A stretch of DNA of 64,000 nucleotides from Squalus acanthias (taxonomy: Eukaryota): NCBI GenBank assembly GCA_030390025.1, contig CM059431.1:95854001-95918000 (forward strand), given 5' to 3'. The notes under the pieces were generated by a model. The model saw nothing but the letters and a program-made list of their open reading frames with translations, ran no database searches and was not told the DNA's origin. Numbering within the stretch: position 1 is the first letter of the stretch; every line of letters starts with the position of its first letter. Of the stretch, positions 35,905 through 49,400 are shown one piece after another. A program made the position numbers and the translations under genes.

Positions 35905-37144
35905 GTGACTGAAAATAAAACAGCCGAGGAAACAGCGCCGACCTAATTGCAAACACCAGGAGCGGAACATAAAACAGCCGGGGAAACAGCGCCGACCTGA
36001 TTGGAGATACCAGGAGCGGAACATAAAACAGCAGGGAAACAGCGCCGACCTGATTGCGAACACCAGGAGCGGAACATAAAACAGCGGGGTAAACTGCGCC
36101 GACCTGATTGGAGACACCAGTGACGGAAAATAAAACAGCAGGGGAAACAGCACCGAACTGATTGGAGACACTAGGAGCGGAACATAAAACCGCGGGGGAA
36201 ACAGCGCCGACCTGATTGGGAACACCAGGATCGGAACATAAAACAGCGGGGAAACTGCGGCGACCTGATTGGAGACACCAGCAGCGGAACATAAAACAGC
36301 GGGGGAAACAGCGCCGACCTGATTGGAGACACCAGTGACGGAACATAAAACAGCGGGGAAACAGCACCGACCTGATTGGAGACACCAGGAGCGGAGCACA
36401 AAACAGCGGGGGAAACAGCACTGACCTGATTGGGAACACCAGGAGCGGAACCTAAAACAGCGGGGGAAACAGTACCGACCTGACTGGAGACACCAGGAGC
36501 GGAACATTAGACAGCGGGGGAAACAGCACCGACCTGATTGGGAACACCAGGAGCGGAACATACAACAGGGGCGGGAAACAGCACCGACCTGACTTGAGAC
36601 ACCAGGAGCGGAACATTAAAATGCGGGGTAAACAGCACCGACCTGATTGGGAACACCAGTGACGTAACATAAAACAGCCGGGGAAACAGCGCCGACCTGA
36701 TTGTGAACACCAGGAGCGGAACGTAAAACAGCGGGGGAAACTGCGCCGACCTGATTGCGAACACCAGGAGCGGAACATAAGACAGCGGGGGAAACTGCGC
36801 CGACCTGATTGGAGACACCAGGAGCGGAACATAAAACAGCGGGGGAAACAGCGCCGACCTGATTGGAGACACTAGGAGCGGAACATAAGACAGCGGGGGA
36901 AACAGCGCCGACCTAAATGGGAACACCAGGAGCGGAACTTAAAACAGCCGGGGAAACAGCGCCGACCTGATTGGAGACACTAGGAGCGGAACATAAGACA
37001 GCGGGGGAAACAGCGCCGACCTAAATGGGAACACCAGGAGCGGAACTTAAAACAGCGGGGAAACAGCACCGACCTGATTGGAGACACCAGGAGCATATGA
37101 TAAAACAGCCGGGGAAACAGCACCGACCTGATTGGGAACACCAG

Positions 37145-37984
37145 GGGGGAAAAATTCAGTCGCGCCCCATTTGGGGCGCAAATATCGGCCGGGCGCAAAG
37201 ATTAGCGCCTGGCGCTAATTATCGCCACCGACTGCAAACTTCACTTTTATCGCCCCTGGAGGTGATTGCAGCGCTAAATCAGGCGCTTCACACCTGTCTT
37301 AAGGCGCAAAGGCCGAGGAGCGAGGCGCTACCTCAGAGCGCTGGCGAAGCTCATGTGATGTCAGTCAGCAATGGAACACACACACAATGGCACGGGCCAG
37401 TTCTTAAAGGGGATGGTTAATCTCGCTTTCCATCCACATCCTGCTCATTGCAGCCTTGAATCTCGGCCTGGAGAGACCTGCACATCAAATCTGCTGGAAA
37501 GAACAATGGAGAGTACCAGGCCAAGAGCTCAGAGTGCAGCCCCCCACAGTCTCTGCTAAATCGATACAAGGAATGGCAAATCAAAATGGACCTGCAAAGT
37601 GCTGCTCAGTACCCAAAACTCCTTCACATAACGTTGAATCTCTCCAGAAGTCTCTACCTCTCTCTCTCAGAATGCGTAGTTCAAAAATGGCACCAACAAT
37701 AAAAGGCAGGAAGCGGTCACCTTTAAATAGCGCTCCCCCTTTCCCTTCATGACTGCAGAACGCTCCCATCAACCTGTCGTTGCTAGCGTCAGGCGGTAAG
37801 GCAGGGGGCGCCACTCAATAACCGCTCCGGGGCGATACCGGGGCGTTGCGCACTCGAGTGACGTCATGATCTGCCGGCGCAGGAGATCGTGGCGGTAGTG
37901 TTCAGCGCCGCCGCAAAATGTCTAGTTAATTTCGCGAGCGGCGCAAACTTCGCCGCGCCCGGGCACTAGCTGCTTTGCGCCCCA
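37145..37984 (+). mobile_element. Harbinger MITE family A, array copy 4, right TIR deleted
   Basis: Same truncation junction as copy 3. Confidence 0.92.
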
Positions 37985-39587
37985 GTGACGGAAAATAAAA
38001 CAGCCGAGGAAACAGCGCCGACCTAATTGCGAACACCAGGAGCGGAACATAAAACAGCCGGGGAAACAGCGCCGACCTGATTGGAGATACCAGGAGCGGA
38101 ACATAAAACAGCGGGGAAACTGCGCCGACCTGATTGCGAACACCAGGAGCGGAACATAAAACAGCGGGGGAAACTGCGCCGACCTGATTGGAGACACCAG
38201 TGACGGAAAATAAAACAGCAGGGGAAACAGCACCGAACTGATTGGAGACACTAGGAGCGGAACATAAAACCGCGGGGGAAACAGCGCCGACCTGATTGGG
38301 AACACCAGGATCGGAACATAAAACAGCGGGGAAACTGCGGCGACCTGATTGGAGACACCAGCAGCGGAACATAAAACAGCGGGGGAAACAGCGCCGACCT
38401 GATTGGATACACCAGTGACGGAACATAAAACAGCGGGGAAACAGCACCGACCTGATTGGAGACACCAGGAGCGGAGCACAAAACAGCGGGGGAAACAGCA
38501 CCGAACTGATTGGAGACACCAGTGACGGAACATAAAACAGCGGGGAAACAGCACCGACCTGACTGGAGACACCAGGAGCGGAACATTAAACAGCGGGGGA
38601 AACAGCACCGACCTGATTGGGAACACCAGGAGCGGAACATACAACTGGGGGGGGAAACAGCACCGACCTGACTGGAGACACCAGGAGCGGAACATTAAAC
38701 AGCGGGGTAAACAGCACCGACCTGATTGGGAACACCAGTGACGTAACATAAAACAGCCGGGGAAACATGCCGACCTGATTGGGAACACCAGGAGTGGAAC
38801 ATAAAACAGCGGGGGAAACAGCATTGACCTGATTGGGAACACCAGGAAAGGAACATAAAACAGCGGGGAAACAGCGCCGACCTAATTGGAGACACCAGCG
38901 GCGGAACATAAAACAGCCGGGGAAACAGCACCGACCTGATTAGAGACACCAGCGGCGGAACATAAAACAGCGGGGGAAACAGCGCCGACCTGATTGGAGA
39001 TACCAGTGACGGAAAATAAAACAGCCGAGGAAACGGCGCCGACCTAATTGCGAACACCAGGAGCGGAACATAAAACAGCCGGGGAAACAACGCCGACCTG
39101 ATTGGAGATACCAGGAGCGGAACATAAAACAGCGGGGAAACAGCGCCGACCTGATTGCGAACACCAGGAGCGGAACATAAAACAGCGGGGGAAACTGCGC
39201 CGACCTGATTGCGAACACCAGGAGCGGAACATAAGACAGCGGGGGAAACTGCGCCGACCTGATTGGAGACACCAGGAGCGGAACATAAAACAGCGGGGGA
39301 AACAGCGCCGACCTGATTGGAGACACTAGGAGCGGAACATAAGACAGCGGGGGAAACAGCGCCGACCTAAATGGGAACACCAGGAGCGGAACTTAAAACA
39401 GCGGGGGAAACATCACCGACCTGATTGGAGACACCAGGAGCGGATCATAAAACAGCGCCGACCTGAATGGGAACACCAGGAGCGGAACATAAAACAGCGG
39501 GGCAAACAGCACCGACCTGATTGGAGACACCAGGAGCGTATGATAAAACAGCCGGGGAAACAGCACCGACCTGATTGGGAACACCAG

Positions 39588-40459
39588 GGGGGAAAAATTC
39601 AGTCGCGCCCCATTTGGGGCGCAAATATCGGCCGGGCGCAAAGATTAGCGCCTGGCGCTAATTATCGCCACCGACTGCAAACTTCACTTTTATCGCCCCT
39701 GGAGGTGATTGCAGCGCTAAATCAGGCGCTTCACACCTGTCTTAAGGCGCAAAGGCCGAGGAGCGAGGCGCTATCTCAGAGCGCTGGCGAAGCTCATGTA
39801 ATGTCAGTCAGCAATGGAACACACACACAATGGCACGGGCCAGTTCTTAAAGGGGATGGTTAATCTTGCTTTCCATCCACATCCTGCTCATTGCAGCCTT
39901 GAATCTCGGCCTGGAGAGACCTGCACATCAAATCTGCTGGAAAGAACAATGGAGAGTACCAGGCCAAGAGCTCAGAGTGCAGCCCCCAAAGTCTCTGCTA
40001 AATCAATACAAGGAATGGCAAATCAAAATGGACCTGCAAAGTGCTGCTCAGTACCCAAAACTCCTTCACATAACGTTGAATCTCTCCAGAAGTCTCTACC
40101 TCTCTCTCTCAGAATGCGTAGTTCAAAAATGGCACCAACAATAAAAGGCAGGAAGCGGTCACCTTTAAATAGCGCTCCCCCTTTCCCTTCATGACTGCAG
40201 AACGCTCCCATCAACCTGTCGGCAGGGGGCGCCACTCAATAACCGCTCCGGGGCGATACCGGGGCGTTGCGCACTCGAGTGACGTCATGATCTGCCGGCG
40301 CAGGAGATCGTGGCGGTAGTGTTCAGCGCCGCCGCAAAATGTCTAGTTAATTTCACGAGCGGCGCAAACTTCGCCGCGCCCGGGCGCTAGCTGCTTTGCG
40401 CCCCATTAGCGCCCTCTTCAGGCGCTAACGGGAGGCGCAACCAACTGAATTTTTCCCCC
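39588..40459 (+). mobile_element. Harbinger MITE family A, array copy 5 (872 bp, 21-bp internal deletion)
   Basis: Both TIRs and TSD CAG present; lacks gttgctagcgtcaggcggtaa at about 40220. Confidence 0.95.
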
Positions 40460-43400
40460 CAGGAGCGGAACATAAAACAGCGGGGAAACAGCGCCGACCT
40501 GATTGGAGACACCAGGAGCGTATGATAAAACAGCCGGGGAAACAGCACCGACTGATTGGAGACACCAGTGGCCGAACATAAAAAAGCCGGGGAAACAGCG
40601 CCGACCTGATTGGAGACACCAGGAGCGAAACATAAAACAGCGAGGGAAACAGCACCGACCTGATTGGAGACACCAGGAGCGGAACATAAAACAGCGGGGG
40701 AAACAGCGCCGACCTGATTGGAGACACCAGGAGTGGAACATAAAACAGCAGGGAAACAGCGCCGACCTGATTGGAGACACCAGGAGCGGAACATAAAACA
40801 GCGGGGAAACAGCGCCGACCTGATTGGAGATACCAGTGACGGAACATAAAACAGCCGGGGAAACAGCGCCGACCTGATTGGAGACACCAGTGGCGGCCGA
40901 ACATAAAACAGCGGGGAAACAGCACCGACCTGATTCGAGACACTAGTGACGGAACATAAAACAGCGGGGAAACAGCGCCGAACTGATTGGAGACACTAGG
41001 AGCGGAACATAAAACCGCGGGGGAAACAGCGCCGACCTGATTGGGAACACCAGGATCGGAACAAAAAACAGCGGGGAAACTGCGGCGACCTGATTGGAGA
41101 CACCAGCAGCGGAACATAAAACAGCGGGGGAAACAGCGCCGACCTGATTGGAGACACCAGTGACGGAACATAAAACAGCGGGGAAACAGCACCGACCTGA
41201 TTGGAGACACCAGGAGCGGAGCACAAAACAGCGGGGGAAACAGCACCGACCTGATTGGGAACACCAGGAGCGGAACCTAAAACAGCGGGGGAAACAGTAC
41301 CGACCTGACTGGAGACACCAGGAGCAGAACATTAAACAGCGGGGGAAACAGCACCGACCTGATTGGAGACACCAGGAGCGTATGATAAAACAGCCGGGGA
41401 AACAGCGCCGACCTGATTGGAGACACCAGGAGCGAAACATAAAACAGCGGGGGAAACAGCACCGACCTGATTGGAGACACCAGGAGCGGAACATAAAACA
41501 GCAGGGAAACAGCGCCGACCTGATTGGAGACACCAGTGGCGGCCGAACATAAAACAGCGGGGGAAACAACACCGACCTGATTGGAGACACCAGTGGCGAC
41601 CGAACATAAAACAGCGGGGAAACAGCACCGACCTGATTGGAGACACCAGTGACGGAACATAAAACAGCCGAGGAAACAGCGCCGACCTGATTGCGAACAC
41701 CAGGAGCGGAACATAAAACAGCGGGGGAAACTGCGCCGACCTGATTGGAGACACCAGTGACGGAAAATAAAACAGATGGGGAAACAGCGCCGAACTGATT
41801 GGAGACACTAGGAGCGGAACATAAAACCGCGGGGGAAACAGCGCCGACCTGATTGGGAACACCAGGATCGGAACATAAAACAGCGGGGAAACAGCGCCGA
41901 CCTGATTGGAGACACCAGGAGCGGAACCTAAAACAGCGGGGGAAACAGCACCGACCTGATTGGGAACACCAGCAGCGGAACATAAAACAGCGGGGAAACA
42001 GCGCCGACCTGATTGGAGACACCAGTGACGGAACATAAAACAGCGGGGAAACAGCACCGACCTGATTGGAGACACCAGGAGCGGAACATAAAACAGCGGG
42101 GAAACAGCACCGACCTGATTGGAGACACCAGGAGCGGAACCTAAAACAGCGGGGAAACAGCACCGACCTGATTGGGAACACCAGGAGCGGAACATTAAAC
42201 AGCGGGGTAAACAGCACCGACCTGATTGGGAACACCAGTGACGTAACATAAAACAGCCGGGGAAGCAGCGTCGACCTGATTGGGAACACCAGGAAAGGAA
42301 CATAAAACAGCGGGGGAAACAGCGCCGACCTGATTAGAGACACCAGTGGCGGAACATAAAACAGCGGGGGAAACAGCGCCGACCTGATTGGAGATACCAG
42401 TGACGGAAAATAAAACAGCCGAGGAAACAGCGCCGACCTAATTGCGAACACCAGGAGCGGAACATAAAACAGCGGGGGAAACTGCGCCGACCTGATTGCG
42501 AACACCAGGAGCGGAACATAAGACAGCGGGGGAAACTGCGCCGACCTAAATGGGAACACCAGGAGCGGATCATAAAACAGCGGGGGAAACAGCGCCGACC
42601 TGAATGGGAACACCAGGAGCGGAACATAAAACAGCGGGGCAAACAGCACCGACCTGATTGGAGACACTAGCGGCGGAACATAAAACAGCCGGGGAAACAG
42701 CACCGACCTGATTAGAGACACCAGCAGCGGAACATAAAACAGCGGGGGAAACAGCACCGACCTGATTAGAGACACCAGCGGCGGAACATAAAACAGCCGG
42801 GGAAACAGCACCGACCTGATTGGAGACACACGCGGCGGAACATTAAACAGCCGAGGAAACAGCACCGACCTGATTGGAGACACCAGCGGCGGAACATAAA
42901 ACAGCCGGGGAAACAGCGCCGACCTGATTGGAGACAACAGCGGCGGAACATAAAACAGCGGGGGAAACAGCGCCGACCTGATTGGGAACAGCAGGAGCGG
43001 AACATAAAACAGCGGGGGAAACAGCGCCGACCTGATTGAAGACACAAGTGGCGGCGGAACATAAAACAGCGGGGGAAACAGCACCGACCTGATTGGAGAC
43101 ACCAGCAGCGGAACATAAAACAGCGGGGAAACAGCACCGACCTGATTGGAGACACCAGCAGCGGAACATAAAACGGCGGGGGAAACAGCACCGACCTGAT
43201 TGGGAACACCAGGAGCGGAACCTAAAACAGCGGGGAAACAGCGCCGACCTGATTGGGAACACCAGGAGCGGAACATAAAACAGCCGGGGAACAGCGCCGA
43301 CCTGATTGGAGACACCAGGAGCGGAACATAAAACAGCCGGGGAAACAGCGCCGACCTGATTGGAGACACTAGCAGCGGAACATAAAACAGCCGGGGAAAC

Positions 43401-46400
43401 AGCGCCGACCTGATTGGAGACACCAGCGGCGGAACATAAAACAGCCGGGGAAACAGCGCTGACCTGATTGGAGACACCAGGAGCGGAACATAAAACAGCC
43501 GGGGAAACAGCTCCGACCTGATTGGAGACACCAGCGACGGAACATAAAACAGCGGGGGAAACAGCACCGACCTGATTGGAGACACCAGCGGCGGAACATA
43601 AAACAGCGGGGGAACAGCGCCGACCTGATTGGAGACAATAGGAGCGTAAAATAAAACAGCGGGGGAAACAGCACCGACCTGATTGGAGACAACAGTGACG
43701 GAACATAAAACAGCGGGGGAAACAGCACCGACCTGATTGGAGACAGCAGCGGCGGAACATAAAACAGCGGGGGAACAGCGCCGACCTGATTGGAGACACC
43801 AGGAGTGGAACATAAAACAGCGGGGAAAACAGCGCCGACCTGATTGGAGACAATAGGAGCGTAAAATAAAACAGCGGGGGAAACAGCACCGACCTGATTG
43901 GAGACAACAGTGACGGAACATAAAACAGCGGGGGAAACAGCACCGACCTGATTGGGAACACCAGGAGCGGAACATAAAACAGCGGGGGAAACAGCACCGA
44001 CCTGATTGGGAACACCAGGAGTGGAACATAAAACAGCGGGGGAAACAGCACCGACCTGATTGGGAACACCAGCAGCGGAACATAAAACAGCGGGGAAACA
44101 GCACCGACTTGATTGGGAACACCAGGAGCGGATCATAAAACAGCGAGGGAAACAGCACCGACCTGACTGGAGACACCAGCGGCGGAACATAAAACAGCCG
44201 GGGAAACAGAGCCGACCTGATTGGAGACACCAGGAGCGGAACATAAAACAGCGGGGGAAACAGCACCGACCTGATTGGAGACACCAGGAGCGGAACATAA
44301 AACAGCGGGGGAAACAGCACCGACCTGATTGGAGACACCAGGAGCGGAACATAAAACAGCGGGGGAAACAGCACCGACCTGATTGGAGACACACGCGGCG
44401 GAACATTAAACAGCCGGGGAAACAGCACCGACCTGATTAGAGACACCAGCGGCGGAACATAAAACAGCCGGGGAAACAGAGCCGACCTGATTGGAGACAC
44501 TAGCGGCGGAACATAAAACAGCGGGGGAAACAGCACCGACCTGATTAGAGACACCAGCGGCGGAACATAAAACAGCCGGGGAAACAGCACCGACCTGATT
44601 GGAGACACACGCGGCGGAACATTAAACAGCCGAGGAAACAGCACCGACCTGATTGGAGACAACAGCGGCGGAACATAAAACAGCCGGGGAAACAGCGCCG
44701 ACCTGATTGGAGACAACAGCGGCGGAACATAAAACAGCCGGGGAAACAGCGCCGACCTGATTGGAGACAACAGCGGCGGAACATAAAACAGCCGAGGAAA
44801 CAGCACCGACCTGATTGGAGACAACAGCGGCGGAACATAAAACAGCCGGGGAAACAGCACCGACCTGATTGGAGACACACGCGGCGGAACATTAAACAGC
44901 CGGGGAAACAGCACCGACCTGATTGGAGACACCAGCGGCGGAACATAAAACAGCCGGGGAAACAGCGCCGACCTGATTGGAGACAACAGCGGCGGAACAT
45001 AAAACAGCCGGGGAAACAGCACCGACCTGATTGGGAACAGCAGGAGCGGAACATAAAACAGCGGGGGAAACAGCGCCGACCTGATTGAAGACACAAGTGG
45101 CGGCGGAACATAAAACAGCGGGGGAAACAGCACCGACCTGATTGGAGACACCAGGAGCGGAACATAAAACAGCGGGGAAACAGCACCGACCTGATTGGAG
45201 ACACCAGCAGCGGAACATAAAACAGCGGGGAAACAGCACCGACCTGATTGGAGACACCAGGAGCGGAACATAAAACAGCGGGGAAACAGCACCGACCTGA
45301 TTGGAGACACCAGCAGCGGAACATAAAACGGCAGGGGAAACAGCACCGACCTGATTGGGAACACCAGGAGCGGAACCTAAAACAGCGGGGAAACAGCGCC
45401 GACCTGATTGGGAACACCAGGAGCGGAAAATAAAACAGCGGGGGAAACAGCACCGACCTGATTGGGAACACCAGGAGCGGAACATAAAACAGCCGGGGAA
45501 CAGCGCCGACCTGATTGGAGACACCAGGAGCGGAACATAAAACAGCCGGGGAAACAGCAGCGACCTGATTGGGAACACCAGGAGCGGAACATAAAACAGC
45601 CGGGGAAACAGCGCCGACCTGATTGGAGACACTAGCAGCGGAACATAAAACAGCCGGGGAAACAGCGCCGACCTGATTGGAGACACCAGCGGCGGAACAT
45701 AAAACAGCCGGGGAAACAGCACCGACCTGATTGGAGACACCAGGAGCGGTACATAAAACAGCGGGGAAACAGCGCTGACCTGATTGGGGACACCAGGAGC
45801 GGAACATAAAACAGCCGGGGAAACAGCACCGACCTGATTGGAGACACCAGTGGCGAAGCATAAAACAGCATGGGAAACAGCACCGACCTGATTGGAGACA
45901 CTAGGAGCGGAACATAAAACAGCGGGGGAAACAGCGCCGACCTGATTGGAGACACCAGTGGCGGCCGAACATAAAACAGCGGGGGAAACAGCGCCGACCA
46001 GATTGGGAACACCAGGAGTGGAACATAAAACAGCGGGGAAATCGCACCGACCTGATTGGAGACACCAGTGGTGGATGAACATAAAACAGCGGGGAAACAG
46101 CACCGACCTGATTGGAGACACCAGGAGCGGAACATAAAACAGCCGAGGAAACAGCGCCGACCTGATTGGGAACACCAGGAGCAGAACATAAAACAGCGGG
46201 GGAAACTGCGCCGACCCGATTGGAGACACCAGTGACGGAACATAAAACAGCGGGGGAAACAGCGCCGACCTGATTGGAGACACCAGTGACGGAACATAAA
46301 ACAGCGGGGAAACAGCACCGACCTGATTGGAGACACCAGGAGCGGAACCTAAAACAGCGGGGAAACAGCACCGACCTGATTGGGAACACCAGGAGCGGAA

Positions 46401-49400
46401 CATTAAACAGCGGGGTAAACAGCACCGACCTGATTGGGAACACCAGTGACGTAACATAAAACAGCCGGGGAAGCAGCGTCGACCTGATTGGGAACACCAG
46501 GAAAGGAACATAAAACAGCGGGGGAAACAGCGCCGACCTGATTAGAGACACCAGTGGCGGAACATAAAACAGCGGGGGAAACAGCGCCGACCTGATTGGA
46601 GATACCAGTGACGGAAAATAAAACAGCCGAGGAAACAGCGCCGACCTAATTGCGAACACCAGGAGCGGAACATAAAACAGCGGGGGAAACTGCGCCGACC
46701 TGATTGCGAACACCAGGAGCGGAACATAAGACAGCGGGGGAAACTGCGCCGACCTAAATGGGAACACCAGGAGCGGATCATAAAACAGCGGGGGAAACAG
46801 CGCCGACCTGAATGGGAACACCAGGAGCGGAACATAAAACAGCGGGGCAAACAGCACCGACCTGATTGGAGACACTAGCGGCGGAACATAAAACAGCCGG
46901 GGAAACAGCACCGACCTGATTAGAGACACCAGCAGCGGAACATAAAACAGCGGGGGAAACAGCACCGACCTGATTAGAGACACCAGCGGCGGAACATAAA
47001 ACAGCCGGGGAAACAGCACCGACCTGATTGGAGACACACGCGGCGGAACATTAAACAGCCGAGGAAACAGCACCGACCTGATTGGAGACACCAGCGGCGG
47101 AACATAAAACAGCGGGGGAAACAGCGCCGACCTGATTGGGAACAGCAGGAGCGGAACATAAAACAGCGGGGGAAACAGCGCCGACCTGATTGGAGACACT
47201 AGGAGCGGAACATAAAACAGCCGGGGAAACAGCGCCGACCTGATTGGAGACACCAGCGGCGGAACATAAAACAGCGGGGAAACAGCGCCGACCTGATTGA
47301 AGACACAAGTGGCGGCGGAACATAAAACAGCGGGGGAAACAGCACCGACCTGATTGGAGACACCAGCAGCGGAACATAAAACAGCGGGGAAACAGCACCG
47401 ACCTGATTGGAGACACCAGCAGCGGAACATAAAACGGCGGGGGAAACAGCACCGACCTGATTGGGAACACCAGGAGCGGAACCTAAAACAGCGGGGAAAC
47501 AGCGCCGACCTGATTGGGAACACCAGGAGCGGAACATAAAACAGCCGGGGAACAGCGCCGACCTGATTGGAGACACCAGGAGCGGAACATAAAACAGCCG
47601 GGGAAACAGCGCCGACCTGATTGGAGACACTAGCAGCGGAACATAAAACAGCCGGGGAAACAGCGCCGACCTGATTGGAGACACCAGCGGCGGAACATAA
47701 AACAGCCGGGGAAACAGCGCTGACCTGATTGGAGACACCAGGAGCGGAACATAAAACAGCCGGGGAAACAGCTCCGACCTGATTGGAGACACCAGCGACG
47801 GAACATAAAACAGCGGGGGAAACAGCACCGACCTGATTGGAGACACCAGCGGCGGAACATAAAACAGCGGGGGAACAGCGCCGACCTGATTGGAGACAAT
47901 AGGAGCGTAAAATAAAACAGCGGGGGAAACAGCACCGACCTGATTGGAGACAACAGTGACGGAACATAAAACAGCGGGGGAAACAGCACCGACCTGATTG
48001 GAGACAGCAGCGGCGGAACATAAAACAGCGGGGGAACAGCGCCGACCTGATTGGAGACACCAGGAGTGGAACATAAAACAGCGGGGAAAACAGCGCCGAC
48101 CTGATTGGAGACAATAGGAGCGTAAAATAAAACAGCGGGGGAAACAGCACCGACCTGATTGGAGACAACAGTGACGGAACATAAAACAGCGGGGGAAACA
48201 GCACCGACCTGATTGGGAACACCAGGAGCGGAACATAAAACAGCGGGGGAAACAGCACCGACCTGATTGGGAACACCAGGAGTGGAACATAAAACAGCGG
48301 GGGAAACAGCACCGACCTGATTGGGAACACCAGCAGCGGAACATAAAACAGCGGGGAAACAGCACCGACTTGATTGGGAACACCAGGAGCGGATCATAAA
48401 ACAGCGAGGGAAACAGCACCGACCTGACTGGAGACACCAGCGGCGGAACATAAAACAGCCGGGGAAACAGAGCCGACCTGATTGGAGACACCAGGAGCGG
48501 AACATAAAACAGCGGGGGAAACAGCACCGACCTGATTGGAGACACCAGGAGCGGAACATAAAACAGCGGGGGAAACAGCACCGACCTGATTGGAGACACC
48601 AGGAGCGGAACATAAAACAGCGGGGGAAACAGCACCGACCTGATTGGAGACACACGCGGCGGAACATTAAACAGCCGGGGAAACAGCACCGACCTGATTA
48701 GAGACACCAGCGGCGGAACATAAAACAGCCGGGGAAACAGAGCCGACCTGATTGGAGACACTAGCGGCGGAACATAAAACAGCGGGGGAAACAGCACCGA
48801 CCTGATTAGAGACACCAGCGGCGGAACATAAAACAGCCGGGGAAACAGCACCGACCTGATTGGAGACACACGCGGCGGAACATTAAACAGCCGAGGAAAC
48901 AGCACCGACCTGATTGGAGACAACAGCGGCGGAACATAAAACAGCCGGGGAAACAGCGCCGACCTGATTGGAGACAACAGCGGCGGAACATAAAACAGCC
49001 GAGGAAACAGCACCGACCTGATTGGAGACAACAGCGGCGGAACATAAAACAGCCGGGGAAACAGCACCGACCTGATTGGAGACACACGCGGCGGAACATT
49101 AAACAGCCGGGGAAACAGCACCGACCTGATTGGAGACACCAGCGGCGGAACATAAAACAGCGGGGAAACAGCGCCGACCTGATTGGAGACAACAGCGGCG
49201 GAACATAAAACAGCGGGGAAACAGCACCGACCTGATTGGGAACAGCAGGAGCGGAACATAAAACAGCGGGGGAAACAGCGCCGACCTGATTGAGACACAA
49301 GTGGCGGCGGAACATAAAACAGCGGGGGAAACAGCACCGACCTGATTGGAGACACCAGGAGCGGAACATAAAACAGCGGGGAAACAGCACCGACCTGATT

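Noticed and set aside
27614..40459. Five MITE-A copies as five independent targeted insertions
   Set aside because: Shared rare flanking monomers show duplication of one insertion; counted once
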